DNA from: Podarcis liolepis
Taxonomy: Eukaryota
Length of the DNA stretch: 64,000 nucleotides
Assembly: GCA_965112155.1 (NCBI GenBank)
Contig: OZ218111.1
Strand: one strand, 5' to 3'
Within the stretch, counting starts at the first letter, position 1. Each line of letters opens with the position of its first letter. Below are positions 25,110-36,590 of the stretch, piece after piece. A program made the translations under genes and the position numbers. The notes under the pieces were generated by a model. The model was given only the letters and a program-made list of their open reading frames with translations, made no database searches and was not told the origin of the DNA.

Positions 25110-25842
25110 CTTTAAGCTAGATCTAGACCAGACAGCCCTTTAAATAGAGGACTCCTTCAAACAGAGGTCTGTCCTCTGTAAAGTAGGAGACAGGGCCATC
25201 CTGAACCCAACCCTTCAAGGCTTGAGAGGGCCCTAAACAACATGCCCTCTAGTTGACTCCTTCCAGTACCAGTAGGTCACGTGTGACAGAGCCACAGTTG
25301 GCAAAGGCAAGTCACCAGTTTAAATTTCCCACAATGCTCTGGTGCAGCATATTTCAACAAGCCTCTCTACTGGGCCCTCAGCACTCTCCTAGACCACACC
25401 TCCTACTGGCCCTGCTTCTGGAATGTGTCCTTGAATTGGAGTAAATGCTTTGTGCTTCCTGGATGGAGGATACAGAAGGGAGTCAAAACTAACCTACTGT
25501 GCAAATTTTGCATTAATTGCTCTGCCTCCCTTTGCCTCTAGCCCCACCAAACACTGGCATGTGTGGCCCCTGGAAGGTTGCTCAGAAAGCAGTATGGCCC
25601 TCAGACTGAAAAGCTTCCCCAGCTCTGGCCTCCATCATGTATGAATCTGCGTTTCTGTTCCCCACCCCTATCATTTGGTAAATGGTCAGTGATCCAAGGT
25701 ATTCTTTTTTTCTCTCTCTCTCTCTTATGTTCCTTTCAAACCCTCCTACTCCAATTTGACTGGTGTGAGAGGTAGTAGCATCACATGTCACAAAGCTCCT
25801 ATACACAATGTCTCCCCCCCCTCCCCAGCAAGGCAATGAATG

Positions 25843-25916
<74 letters not shown>
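25843..25916. repeat. (GAAA)n microsatellite
   Basis: Directly visible. Confidence 0.97.
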
Positions 25917-25917
<1 letters not shown>

Positions 25918-26840
25918 GCCCCCAGGCCTAGTCTGCACCACTGCTCTCCTACCCTCTGAAGCCATTATGAACAAGCCTCACTAATTATAACTCCATGGCT
26001 AGGTGCCCTCCTAAGGCTGTTGTGCTCAGCAGATATGCCTCCTGAAGGAGATATGAGTGAGCTCAGGTAATTCAGAGCAGGGAATGCATTTGGGCAGAGG
26101 GGGGAGTATGTTATGTCACTACTTTTTTTTTTTTTTTTAATTATCAGGAGCACATTTTTGGCCCTTAAGTGTCCTACTGCACCGGCAACATCATCCCAGC
26201 AGCCATTTTTCTAGTGTTTTCCTTCAGAGACAGCTGTTGCAGATAAGCATCTACAATTATAGATTCCGTTTCCTTTATATATATATATATATTTTAAAGA
26301 CGACTGGAAGGAAGAAAGGGAAAGGCTTGGTTTGCTTCTCTATATGGCTGGCAGGTGTTTATTTTACTGCAATGTGTGCTTAGGGGATACCCCAGTAAAC
26401 TGAGGGACAATCAACATCAACATGCTGTTTGGTCTTATTCCTTCCACTAATTATGACGTTGTTGTTGTTGAAATGCCTTTACTCATTATTTACTCCTTTG
26501 TCTAGCTCATAGGTGAGCAGTCTGCAGGCCACACATGGCCTGCTTAGGCCTTCCCTAAAGCCCAGAAGGGATGTAAGGAGGCAATGATTTCTGTCCCATC
26601 CTGTGTTTGTCACAAGAGCCTTTTCCATTCTGCTACAGTTCAGTTTATGCTGAAACATATGCTATTCATCTCACTAGTTCCTATGGCTGGATTTTGCCAA
26701 CAAGAAAAATAACATTGTTTTTAGTGGAAAACGAAATGCAGCAGAATGGAAACACCGCTACATGTGACATATACCAGGTGGAAGGAAAACGATGCCTTAT
26801 AATATCCCTGTTGTAAGAGGGAGGTAACAACAGGCTGAGG

Positions 26841-27088
26841 AGAAGAAGAGAAGAAGAAGAGTTTGGATTTTATATCCCGCTTTATCACTATCCGAAGGAG
26901 TCTCAAAGCGGCTAACATTCTCCTTTCCCTTCCTCCCCCACAAGAAACACTCTGTGAGGTGAGTGGGGCTGAGAGACTTCAGAGAAGTGTGACTAGCCCA
27001 AGGTCACCCAGCAGCTGCATGTGGAGGAGCGGAGACGCGAACCCGGTTCCCCAGATTACGAGTCTCGCTCTTAACCACTACACCACAC
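26841..27088 (-). mobile_element. Squam3-like (MIR/Ther1-derived) SINE, young copy
   Basis: (AAG)n tail on the + strand, L2-like tail ttatatcccgcttt...ctcaaagcggct, MIR-like body cccaaggtcacccagc, and an inverted tRNA head cgaacccggt...cttaaccactacacc. CpGs are retained. Confidence 0.8.
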
Positions 27089-27439
27089 CTCAAAATGTGT
27101 GGGTGTGCAAAATGCCTTTAGGGACAGGGAAGAACCCAAAAGGATGAAGGATGCTTCCAGGCTGTCAATATATTTGGGTGGAATTCAGTCACAAAGCAGT
27201 CAATTCAGGCTGTGCCATTATACTAGACTTTGAGCCCAGCCCAACAACCTGTTGTCATAGTAGCCAACCAGAAGCCTGTAGGAAACTCACAAGCCGGGAG
27301 CTGAGCACAAGAGCAATCTTCTCCCCTCTATGCCTCCAAAGCATTGCTGCCTCTTCCTATTCAGGAACTCCACTAAAAAGTCTATGGGTTTTAGCTGAGA
27401 AACTGGTATATTAAAAAGATTGGTGGGTTTAAAAAAACA

Positions 27440-27788
27440 AAACCAGTCACAATTCATAGTGTTAATGAATAGATGCATCGACTGGCAAACCAACTTTTCC
27501 GGGCTGCAAAAACAAAACAATCCCTCCATCTGAATAAAAGAACCATGTTTCCTAGCTAATATTTACACAAGCTCGTTCTTGCCCACAATGGCAAAGTCAC
27601 TCACTTGGTTTTCTTCAATCTATTCTTCACCGCACTCCTGGTAACATTTTCATTGTCAGCCCTGAGTTACTGTTTAATCCATGATCGCTTGATAAATGGA
27701 GTTCAATTGGAATACCTGTGTTAATTAAACCAAAGATGGAAGAGACAGCTTTCATTTCTTGCTGATAATTTTCTACGGCTTTGCTACA

Positions 27789-27836
<48 letters not shown>

Positions 27837-28045
27837 GAGGGCTTTATACATCCTTTTACCAAAAGGGGGGGGGGGAGACCCAGGAGTATTCAATAACACC
27901 TTCATATGATAATGCTTGCAATTGTTCAATATCCCTGGCTAATTCCTACACAGTCCCTTCGCCCTTTGCAAGTTAGAATTGCTGTTTCATGTCATGAAAA
28001 CCATTTCCTGTGAGAATGTAGAGGAATTTCCAAAGATGCAATAGG
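27440..28045. promoter_or_regulatory. putative conserved non-coding element with an internal (AG)n tract at 27791-27831
   Basis: Repeat-free, with ttaattaa, ttaatcc, caattg and ctaat motifs. Confidence 0.4.
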
Positions 28046-28054
28046 TGGACAACG

Positions 28055-28220
28055 GACCCTATTTCACTGGCAGAATATCTGCTTTGCATGCAGAAGGTCC
28101 AAGGTTCAACCCCTGGCATCTCCCAGTAGGGCTGGGAGTGTCTCTTGCCTGAAACCCTGGAGAGCCCCTGCCAGTCCGTGTAGACAGTACTGGAGCTAGA
28201 TGGACCAATTGTCTGACTTG
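28055..28220 (+). mobile_element. tRNA-Ala-derived SINE (Squam2-like)
   Basis: ctgctttgcatgcagaaggtccaaggttcaacccctggcatctcc...gcctgaaaccctggagagcc...gagctagatggaccaa. Confidence 0.85.
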
Positions 28221-28590
28221 GGGATTATGAGAGTTGCAGTCCAACTACATCTGGGGGGTGCCTCATGTAGCTCTATACACATTCATCTACCTACAGTACA
28301 TACACCAATGTGCTTAGTCCAGCCAAAACAGAACCACATCTGGTTCATTTATTCCAGGTACTCTGATTCTCAGCTTATTTGTTACAAGTAAACGAACTTC
28401 CTAAATATAACCAGGCCCTCCTATCTTGATCTCTTGCTAATTTTAGCATAGCATTGCAAGAGGTAGTAAGTTTGTTAGCTTAGATGGTTTTGAAACAATG
28501 TATGTGTTTGAGAAGGGGGTGTTATACTTTTAAACACACTCTGTGCAATTTGTGGTGGTCATCTTTAAAAATACTGCTCCATTATCCTTT

Positions 28591-28739
28591 NNNNNNNNNN
28601 NNNNNNNNNNNNNNNNNNNNNNNNNNNNNNNNNNNNNNNNNNNNNNNNNNNNNNNNNNNNNNNNNNNNNNNNNNNNNNNNNNNNNNNNNNNNNNNNNNNN
28701 NNNNNNNNNNNNNNNNNNNNNNNNNNNNNNNNNNNNNNN
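28591..28739. other. assembly gap
   Basis: Run of N. Confidence 1.
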
Positions 28740-28916
28740 TTTAGAATGTATATTTTTTTTTAAAAAAAACCTACAGCAAATAATGCTATAGCATTCACAA
28801 CAAAGGAAAACTTGTTCTTGTGGCTCCCATGTAGTGTTGATTTTGAAGAAATCTTTTATTCACTTGGGAGCCTGGCTGTGGATGGGTGGAACAGATCAGA
28901 AAATTGCAACATGGGC

Positions 28917-28917
<1 letters not shown>

Positions 28918-28954
<37 letters not shown>
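28918..28954. repeat. (TG)n microsatellite
   Basis: Directly visible. Confidence 0.97.
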
Positions 28955-28958
<4 letters not shown>

Positions 28959-29615
28959 CTCACTAGTGTTTGATATCCAGTATGTATATCTGACATTGTT
29001 CACGCTTAATTTAGGGCTTCTTCACTTATTGCACATTTAAGGTGTACATTTAAGATTATTTTAAATGTGGTTCCTTAAAATGCGGCATTTAGATGTGACT
29101 AACACCCGTTTCATATAGATATGCTTGTCAGAAACCCAGACTTCACTGGTACAGTGCCAATCTAGATGATCATGGAGAACCATTATTATATATCCCATCT
29201 CTTTAAATTCCCTTTAGAAGCAGTTGAGCAAAGAGCAAATTAGATTGGGACTGAATAGGCACTTGCAAAGCAATGGTTAACCCAATGAAAGGGTTAACTC
29301 AGTGCAAATCGCCCTTTGATATAGCACACCCCACAAACCTGCTACTTTGTCCTGTTAGGGAACACATCTATAAACCCATATGTTTCTCCCCAATAAGACT
29401 CATTACAGCCTGAGTCAGGTGAGTCAAGTAATAGAATACACTGGAGAAAATGGAAGGGAGGCGGTTTAACCCTTCCTGCAGCATGGTGGTCCCAATCCAG
29501 TTTAGAGATGTGAAACCTGATCCTGAATCTCCAAAGCCTGAATCTAGTTTACCCCTCAATAGCAAATGCAGGTTTGCTCCCCATAATTTGCTAAACGGTC
29601 CTTAGAACCAATCTA

Positions 29616-29912
29616 CAGTGGTGCCTTGCAAGACGAAATTAATCCGTTCTGCGAGTCTCTTCGTCTTGCAGTTTTTTCGTCTTGCGAAGCATGGCTATTA
29701 GCGGCTTAGCTGCTCTTAGCGGCTTAGCGGCTATTAACGGCTTATCGGCTTTAAGAAAAAGGAAATAAACTCGCAAGAACTCGCAAGACGTTTCGTCTTG
29801 CGAAGCAAGCCCATAGGGAAATTCGTCTTGCGGAACGACTCAAAAAACGGAAAACTCTTTCGTCTTGCGCGTTTCTTGTCTTGCGAGGCATTCGTCTTGC
29901 GAGGTACCACTG
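29616..29912. mobile_element. Tc1/mariner (pogo/Tigger-like) MITE, family C
   Basis: TA duplication, TIR cagtggtgccttgcaagacgaa / ttcgtcttgcgaggtaccactg, and about nine copies of the TTCGTCTTGCG motif. Confidence 0.92.
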
Positions 29913-30237
29913 TATGTGTGATACTCATGACACTCAATTATGCTGCTTTAGGTTAAAAAAGCATGCATATATATGCCTTATTTTAACCTAAAGCAGCTGC
30001 ATAAATAGGTTGCAATCTGGAGGAGAAGTTCTGTGTGGGGAGAAAGAGACTTCTTCAACCTTCCTGAGTATTTTTCCCCATTCAGAATGTCGCCCACCCA
30101 ACCTGGTGTGTTCCACCCCAAGGAAGAAAAGATGCCTGCAGTATATGGGCCTAAATTAAAACTAGGTGAAAGATTTGTACTAGTGCTTCAACTTTTAAAT
30201 CTTCAGTCAACTGGTCAGAGTCAATTTTAGAGTTGCA

Positions 30238-30755
30238 AGTAAGAATGCAAGGAAAGGCTGCTGGATTAGGCCGATGACCTATCTAGTCCAGCATCCTGCT
30301 CTCACAGAGCCAACCAAATGCTTGTACAGTGGTACCTCGGGTTACATATGCTTCAGGTTACAGACACTTCAGATTACAGACTCTGCTAACCCAGAAATAG
30401 TACCTCGGGTTAAGAACTTTGCTTCAGGATGAGAACAGAAATCGTGTTCCAGCGGCGCAGCAGCAGCAGGAGGCCCCATTAGCTAAAGTGGTACCTCGGG
30501 TTAAGAACAGTTTCAGGTTAAGAACGGACCTCCGGAACGAATTAAGTACTTAACCCGAGGTACCACTGTAAACAACTGGCATGCACAAGAACCCTCTCCA
30601 CTCCTGTGATTTCCAGCAACTGGTATTCAGAAGCATTACTGCCTCTGTCCATAGAGGCAGAGCATAACCATCTCAGCTAGCAGCCATGATAACCTCTTCC
30701 ATAAATTTGTCTAATCCTCTTTTAAAGTCATCTAAATTGGTGGCTATCACTGCCT
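30238..30755 (-). mobile_element. CR1-type 3' end interrupted by a MITE
   Basis: gctgctggattaggcc...tctagtccagcatcctg before the MITE; tttccagcaactggtattcagaagc...ataaatttgtctaatcctcttttaaag after it. Confidence 0.75.
30327..30568. mobile_element. Tc1/mariner (pogo/Tigger-like) MITE, family B
   Basis: Same perfect TIRs and TA duplication as 23584-23824. Confidence 0.93.
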
Positions 30756-30965
30756 TACAGCAAAATCCTATACATGTCTATTCAGAAGAAAGTCTCAACA
30801 ACTTCAGTGGGCCAGGTAGGGATGTAAAGAGGCACTGTTATCTTTCACATGCAGCACTGTTTCTGATCCACTGCAGTTCATCTTCCACCCAAAACTACAT
30901 TATTGCTGTCAGCTGTGGCAAAATGATGTAATTCATGTAAATTGTGCAAATCATATTGTCATTAG

Positions 30966-31098
30966 TAAGGTTACCAGACGTCCCTGTTTCCCGGGGACAG
31001 TCCCAGGATTTACAAATCAGTCCCCTGACAAAATCCTATCATTCCTACTGAAGTTGAAAAGTGTCCCTGGATTCATTGAAACAAATCTGGTAACCTTA
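30966..31098. mobile_element. short hAT-like MITE
   Basis: Perfect 13-bp TIR taaggttaccaga / tctggtaacctta with repeated gtccc/ggac subterminal motifs. No clean TSD. Confidence 0.8.
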
Positions 31099-31777
31099 CA
31101 TTATGTGATTCCACCCCCACTATTTCAATGCAACGGAAATGCATTGTGAATGTCATGTATCATTTGTGGACTGAAAGCAACGACAATATAATGTTCACTG
31201 GATTTATTTCCATTCTGGATATGGGACAAATAAGCAAACATCAGCCATTTCTGTTCCCGTTTCTGTTTGTTGTCAGAATTCTCTGACATTCCTACCCCCA
31301 AGTAAGTAGATGTAGGATTGCAGCCTATTAAATATATCTCATGTTTCAGTATCCCATCAGAATTGACTAATGATGTATGTTAAGGCAATTTATGACTCCA
31401 GTTAAAACCTCTGGGCACTCTGATCTTTCCCAGGTGAGCTGTACCTGCTTCCCAAATTCAAACTTTGTCTCCTTTCTTATCAACAGTGTGTGCATGATTA
31501 TAATTGTTTCTTTAAAATGTTGCTGCATTTTTCCATGTTTTCCTGCTAGGTGGGTGGTGTAGATTATATGATAGCTTTTATCAGGCTGGCTTAATACAAT
31601 AATAACATGTGCCCAGTTTCTGCCTGACAAAGAGGTGCATTCTTCAAGCACAAAGGAGGACTGTAGACCCTTTTCATGTGAGATACTAATGTGTCTTACA
31701 ACTTTTCTTGCAGCACTTGTGGGGTGTGTTTGTTTTGCTGGAGGACAGAAGATGCAAATGAAGCTGAAGTTGCATTC

Positions 31778-32197
31778 TAGGGAGGAACCGTCAAATCCGT
31801 CAATTTCAGTTTCTCTCAGTTTCTCATTCTTTTCTGTCTCAATTTCACTTCTCCACATTTCTACATCAGCATGCAAAAAAGAATTTTAAGTCCCCATGAA
31901 AATTCATCAGCATTTTAGTGTGGATTTCCCCTGATAAACACATTTTTGTATGCCATTTTCCCTAATATAATTTTTATATGTTATTTTTAATAATATAAGC
32001 ATTTTCATGCATACATTAACCAAGTGTGTGCATTTTTGTACATGTTGCCTTGCTGGAGAAGTCCATTGCAACAGCCATAGATTTGTGATTTCTGAAGGCT
32101 AGCTCTTTTTCAGCTTGTGCTTAATGTTTTGGAAAGGAAAAAATGAGATAAGTTTGCCTTTAAATGAGAACTAAATCCAACTTCTCCCCTATCCCTA
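31778..32197 (-). mobile_element. hAT-like element (TAGGGATG-end family)
   Basis: Ends tagggagg... and ...ctcccctatcccta; collinear with 18493-19155 and inverse to 36177-36590. Confidence 0.7.
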
Positions 32198-32791
32198 AAT
32201 GCAGGCAATGTGGGCCTTGCATCTGTGTGACAAACCAGTCGGCATACGTACAAGTCAGTTCAAGTCTCACACATGAAAGTGCGCTTAGCGACACAAGCTC
32301 CAAACTGAGGTATAAACTGAATTAACCAACTATCCTGGCCCCAGTTGCAGAAGGCATTTAGGGGCAACATAAAATGAGGTCAAGACCATTTGTAGCTCCT
32401 GAGCCACAGGTTCCCCCACCTGTGTTCTGTGTCGTGGTAGAAAGTCTGTAAGGCAGTCCCCTGGCTGAACAATCTTAATCAATGGATCATGCAAAATTTA
32501 GTCAATGAATCAATTCACTGATCAGCTAATTCAACTAATATGGGCCTGAGTCAAAAGGGCTGTTTGGAAGCACAACGCTCACTTGGTTTGTTTTCACATG
32601 ACCTCCGCCTTGTGTTTTCTAGCATCAGGCATCATTTTAGAAGATGTATCTCCTTCCTGGGTATAAATGAAGGGTGTGAATATTTCTTAGCAGACCATGC
32701 TGGACATCTACACATTTTTGGAAATACCTGTATAAGAAATAATATTTTTTTCAAATAAAAAAGAGGGAAAACGGCATCCTGATTTTTGGGG

Positions 32792-32955
32792 AAGGGTCAC
32801 AGCTTGGTGATAGATTCATGCAGAAGGTCCCAAGTTCAATCCCTAGGACTGGGGATGCCCCCTGTTTGAAATCCTGGACAACTGCTGCCCGTTAGTGCAT
32901 ATGATACCGAGTGAGATAAATCAATGGTCTTGCTTGATGTCATGCAGCTTTCTCC
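32792..32955 (+). mobile_element. tRNA-Ala-derived SINE (Squam2-like), degraded
   Basis: aagggtcacagcttggtgataga...gcagaaggtcccaagttcaatccct...tgaaatcctgga. Confidence 0.7.
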
Positions 32956-32959
32956 CATC

Positions 32960-33245
32960 GTTCAGCCCAGACACTGAGGTCCGGCTCCGAGAGCCTTCTG
33001 GCGGTTCCCTAATTGCGAGAAGTGAGGTTACAGAGAACCAGGCAGAGGGCCTTCTCGGTAGCAGCACCCACCCTGTGGAACGCCCTCCCATCAGATGTCA
33101 AGGAAATAAACAACTATCTGACTTTTAGAAGACACCTGAAGGCAGCCCTGTTTAGGGAAGTTTTTGATATTTGATGTTTCTCGTATTTTAAATATTCTGT
33201 TGGAAACCACCCAGAGTGGCTGGGGAAACCCAGCCAGATGGGTGG
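32960..33245 (+). mobile_element. L2 LINE 3' end (young family), tail lost in the gap
   Basis: Closely matches 2038-2325 (ggcagagggccttctcggtag...cccagagtggctggggaaacccagccagatgggtgg). Confidence 0.9.
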
Positions 33246-33380
33246 NNNNNNNNNNNNNNNNNNNNNNNNNNNNNNNNNNNNNNNNNNNNNNNNNNNNNNN
33301 NNNNNNNNNNNNNNNNNNNNNNNNNNNNNNNNNNNNNNNNNNNNNNNNNNNNNNNNNNNNNNNNNNNNNNNNNNNNNNNN
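33246..33380. other. assembly gap
   Basis: Run of N at the expected microsatellite tail of the L2. Confidence 1.
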
Positions 33381-33939
33381 GCACATTTTTAGATGGTCAA
33401 TTTAAAAAATGATCAATCAAGTGAATGTTGCTACTCTAGAGTTCTGAGTTTAAATACACAGGTCCTATCTACTTTGCCTTTCAATTGGAAGTCATCAAGT
33501 ATACAGTGTTCAAGTATTTTAAAAATGAGTAAAATATAGTCCTGTTCAGATTCACCACTGGAGGAGAGGGTGGCTGAGCTGAGCAGCCATGCCCTTGCCA
33601 CCAAGTGCATTGAGTAGTAGCCCTGCCCCCAGAAATCCATGTATAGCATAAAACCTGAAGTTGCATGTATTTGCTGAAAGCCTTTGTATGGACCCAGCAT
33701 GCTTGGGGTTCTGGGGAGCACAGAAGCTTTCATATGCGTTGAGCCCCTGCCTGTAGACATCCCCACTGTGTGTGCAGATGACAACAGGGAGTGTGGCTAC
33801 TTCGTGCAGTTCCATTCCTGTGTTGCTCTACGCTGGATCTATAACACCTAAATGTGCTTTAAATGCATGTGTGAAACCACACTACAACTTCTCTGCATCT
33901 GCTGTGTGTGCATATAAACAATGAATTGTTTTGCTAAAG

Positions 33940-35176
33940 CAGGGGTGAGGGGGCTTTTTCAACCTGAGTGCCACATTTCCTTCTGGGCCACATGCTAGTG
34001 TTGGTTTAGCCAGAGGCAAAAAGGAGGAGAGCAATGAATGTAGATATTACCTGTGTACAGTAAGTTCAGAGACCTACCTTCTCAGTAATCTCAGTTCAAG
34101 GTCGCCTTATCACATATATGCCCCCACGTTTGCTACAACCACAGCAAGGATGCTACTGGACAAAGATGGGAAAACGATAAAATGCCAGCCAAAGAAGAAT
34201 GGCAAGAAAAACCTTATGGATTATGCCGAAATGGCAAAACTAACTGAAAGACTTTGAAATAAGGATAAAAAATCATTTAAGAAAGAATGGGAACCATTTT
34301 TGGCCTACGTAGACAATCAATGCAAAGAATTGGACTCATTAGCAGAGTTTGAATAATCATTTACAGTTAGAAAAAATCATATAATCTACAAGTAAAAGTA
34401 CAAAAAAAATGGGTGAAAAACGGAATATGCAGGAAATGATATGATTTTGAAATAAACCAGAGAGGGAGGTTGAGGGAAGCCTGGGGGGAATGGGGAAATT
34501 TCGGAACTGTGAATTATGTTATTTGTTATGCTGTAATATTGGAAAAATTGAAAACTTAATAAAAAATGTTTTTTTAAAAAAACTGATATATGTGCCCACG
34601 ATCACTTCAATCTGTGATACTAGCACTGTTCATAAGTGCAACATAATACACATTCTGTACTTGTAAGAAACTGATATCTTAGTGTAACATCACCCATACT
34701 TTGGACTCCCTGCCTATTCACATCAGGCAAGGCACCTTCTCTATCCAGACATGTAGAATGTTGACTTATCTTTTAAACCTGATTTTTAGCTTACTGGTGA
34801 TTTTAATCATTTTTGAATGTTTTAAATAGTTGTGCTTAACTGTTCTTTACTGATAATTTTATTGTTTTATTCTTTTTTTAAAAACTGCTTTGAGGTTTTG
34901 ATACAATCAAGCGGAATATATACATTTTGTGACATGGAAAAAATAAGCTGGTTTCTACACACATTCTGTTTTCCATTCAGACAAGTAAAGAGGCATCATC
35001 AGAGTCTAAGAACACAGCCAAGCACAAACACCCAAGGAGGGTGCAAGGCAGAAGTGTGGCTGGCAATGGTGTGTGTGATTAGGGAGAAGATGTGGCCTAA
35101 GAAAAGGCCTAAGGACCCGATGGAGAAGCCTTGAGGACCAAATTTTGCTCCAGAGCCTGAGGTTCTCCACACCCAG
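33940..35176. mobile_element. hAT/Charlie-like element split by later insertions
   Basis: Left end caggggtgagg...ttcaacctgagtgccacatt and right end gagcctgaggttctccacaccc both match 9022-9298. Confidence 0.55.
34129..34582 (+). mobile_element. L1/Tx1-type LINE 3' end with TSD
   Basis: Encodes ATTTARMLL / RWENDKMPAKEEWQENLMDYAEMAKLT..WEPFLAYV (frameshifted), then AATAAA and an A-rich tail. Flanking repeat is atatatgcccccacg (34114-34128) / atatatgtgcccacg (34586-34600). Confidence 0.8.
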
Positions 35177-35519
35177 GACTCAGCTACACAACTGCAAATA
35201 AAATGTTTTAAGGGTGTTGTAAAGTGCAATACACAAATGTGACACTAGATGGTGATGGTGAGCTATGGCAAATTCAATCTATTTTTCAAAACTTTTTTTA
35301 AAAAGCATTTTCACAGCATTTTTATATGTGTGTAGATTCCACCCAGGTACACCCCCCCCCCCGCTGCTAAACAGAAACTGATAGCAAGCAAACAACCTAC
35401 TGCTGAGCAGAATTGCTGTAACGTTTTAAATGGGTGGCTTTGCCTGCCTGCCTTTGTATCCCAGTAGCCTCACTACAGAGAACCTGCTGCTTCTCATTAT
35501 GTCCTGTCTCCATGCTGAA

Positions 35520-35960
35520 TCAATCTACCAACCCTTTGATTGCTTCTGAAAATATGTTTATTTTTTAATAATGCTCGTTTTTGCTCCCCTGTGATTAAAC
35601 CCAGACAAGGCAATGCCCAGAAAGTATGTGGAGGGATTCTTTTGGGCAGAAAGGGGAGATAAAGACCACATGTTTTTTTCTTATTGTGGGACCATTAGAG
35701 CATATAAATCTGGCCATTTGTGTTGTAGACGCATCAGAGGGTGGTTGTAATAAATACAGATTGGCACATCATGCTCGCCAAATGGACTTTATGGATCAGG
35801 TCCCATGCTTCGTAATTCTCTGGTGCTGTCCCTGAACTAGCTTCTTGAAGGCTATTAAAATTCTGAATGGTGCATTATTCCACTTTTTGGGTACACTTCT
35901 CGGCCCTAACTGTCAAAGGCCTATTGAAAGAACCTGGCTTTTGAAATAAATCACTTTTCC
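35520..35960. promoter_or_regulatory. putative conserved non-coding element
   Basis: Repeat-free, with ctttgat (TCF type), tgattaa, cataTaaa, tttatgg and tgtcaaagg motifs. Confidence 0.4.
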
Positions 35961-36176
35961 CTTTTGAGGGAACATACTGTCCTTTCTAAGAATTGAATCC
36001 CTTACCAAAAAATTTAAAAAAAAAATCAGTGATGATCTAGCTGTAGAACCTGGCAGATGTGCATCATAGTTTGGTTGGGCTATTCAGAAATAGAGAATAG
36101 CAGACAAGGGAACAGCTGAGTACATTTAAGCCAGTAAAATCTAGGGTCAAATGTTAACCTGCTTGATGCACCTAAC

Positions 36177-36590
36177 TAGGGGAGAGGAGAAATGTGGGTA
36201 CAGTTTGCACATAAAAGTAAATATACCTAAGCTGCATGTCCCAAAACAATATGCAAACCAAAACACAGCCCTCCTTTTAAATTCACACCTCTTCAAATGA
36301 TGTGATGCAGTTCACTATCTAAATAACAGGGGCAAAAATGCATATACTATGAGAAAGGGTGCATTAAAATGTATATATTACTGGAAGTAGCACACACCAT
36401 GCATTAAAACACAGAAAATCACACTGAAAAATGTATATATTAGAGGGAATTGCATACAAGTCTCTGAATATTAGGAAAAATTCACACTAAAATGCTGGCT
36501 TATTTTCATTAGGACTTATCCTAAAAGAATTGCAAATAAGGAAAAGGAGAAACTGAGATAAACAGAAATTGACACGCTCTCCCATCTCAA
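36177..36590 (+). mobile_element. full-length hAT-like non-autonomous element with 8-bp TSD
   Basis: Flanked by cacctaac (36169-36176) / cacctaat (36591-36598); degenerate ends taggggagagg / ctcccatctcaa. Confidence 0.7.

Noticed and set aside
29616-29912. CRISPR-like repeat-spacer array
   Set aside because: The repeats are 11 bp, irregularly spaced and in both orientations, bounded by TIRs and a TA duplication in vertebrate DNA; this is a MITE.
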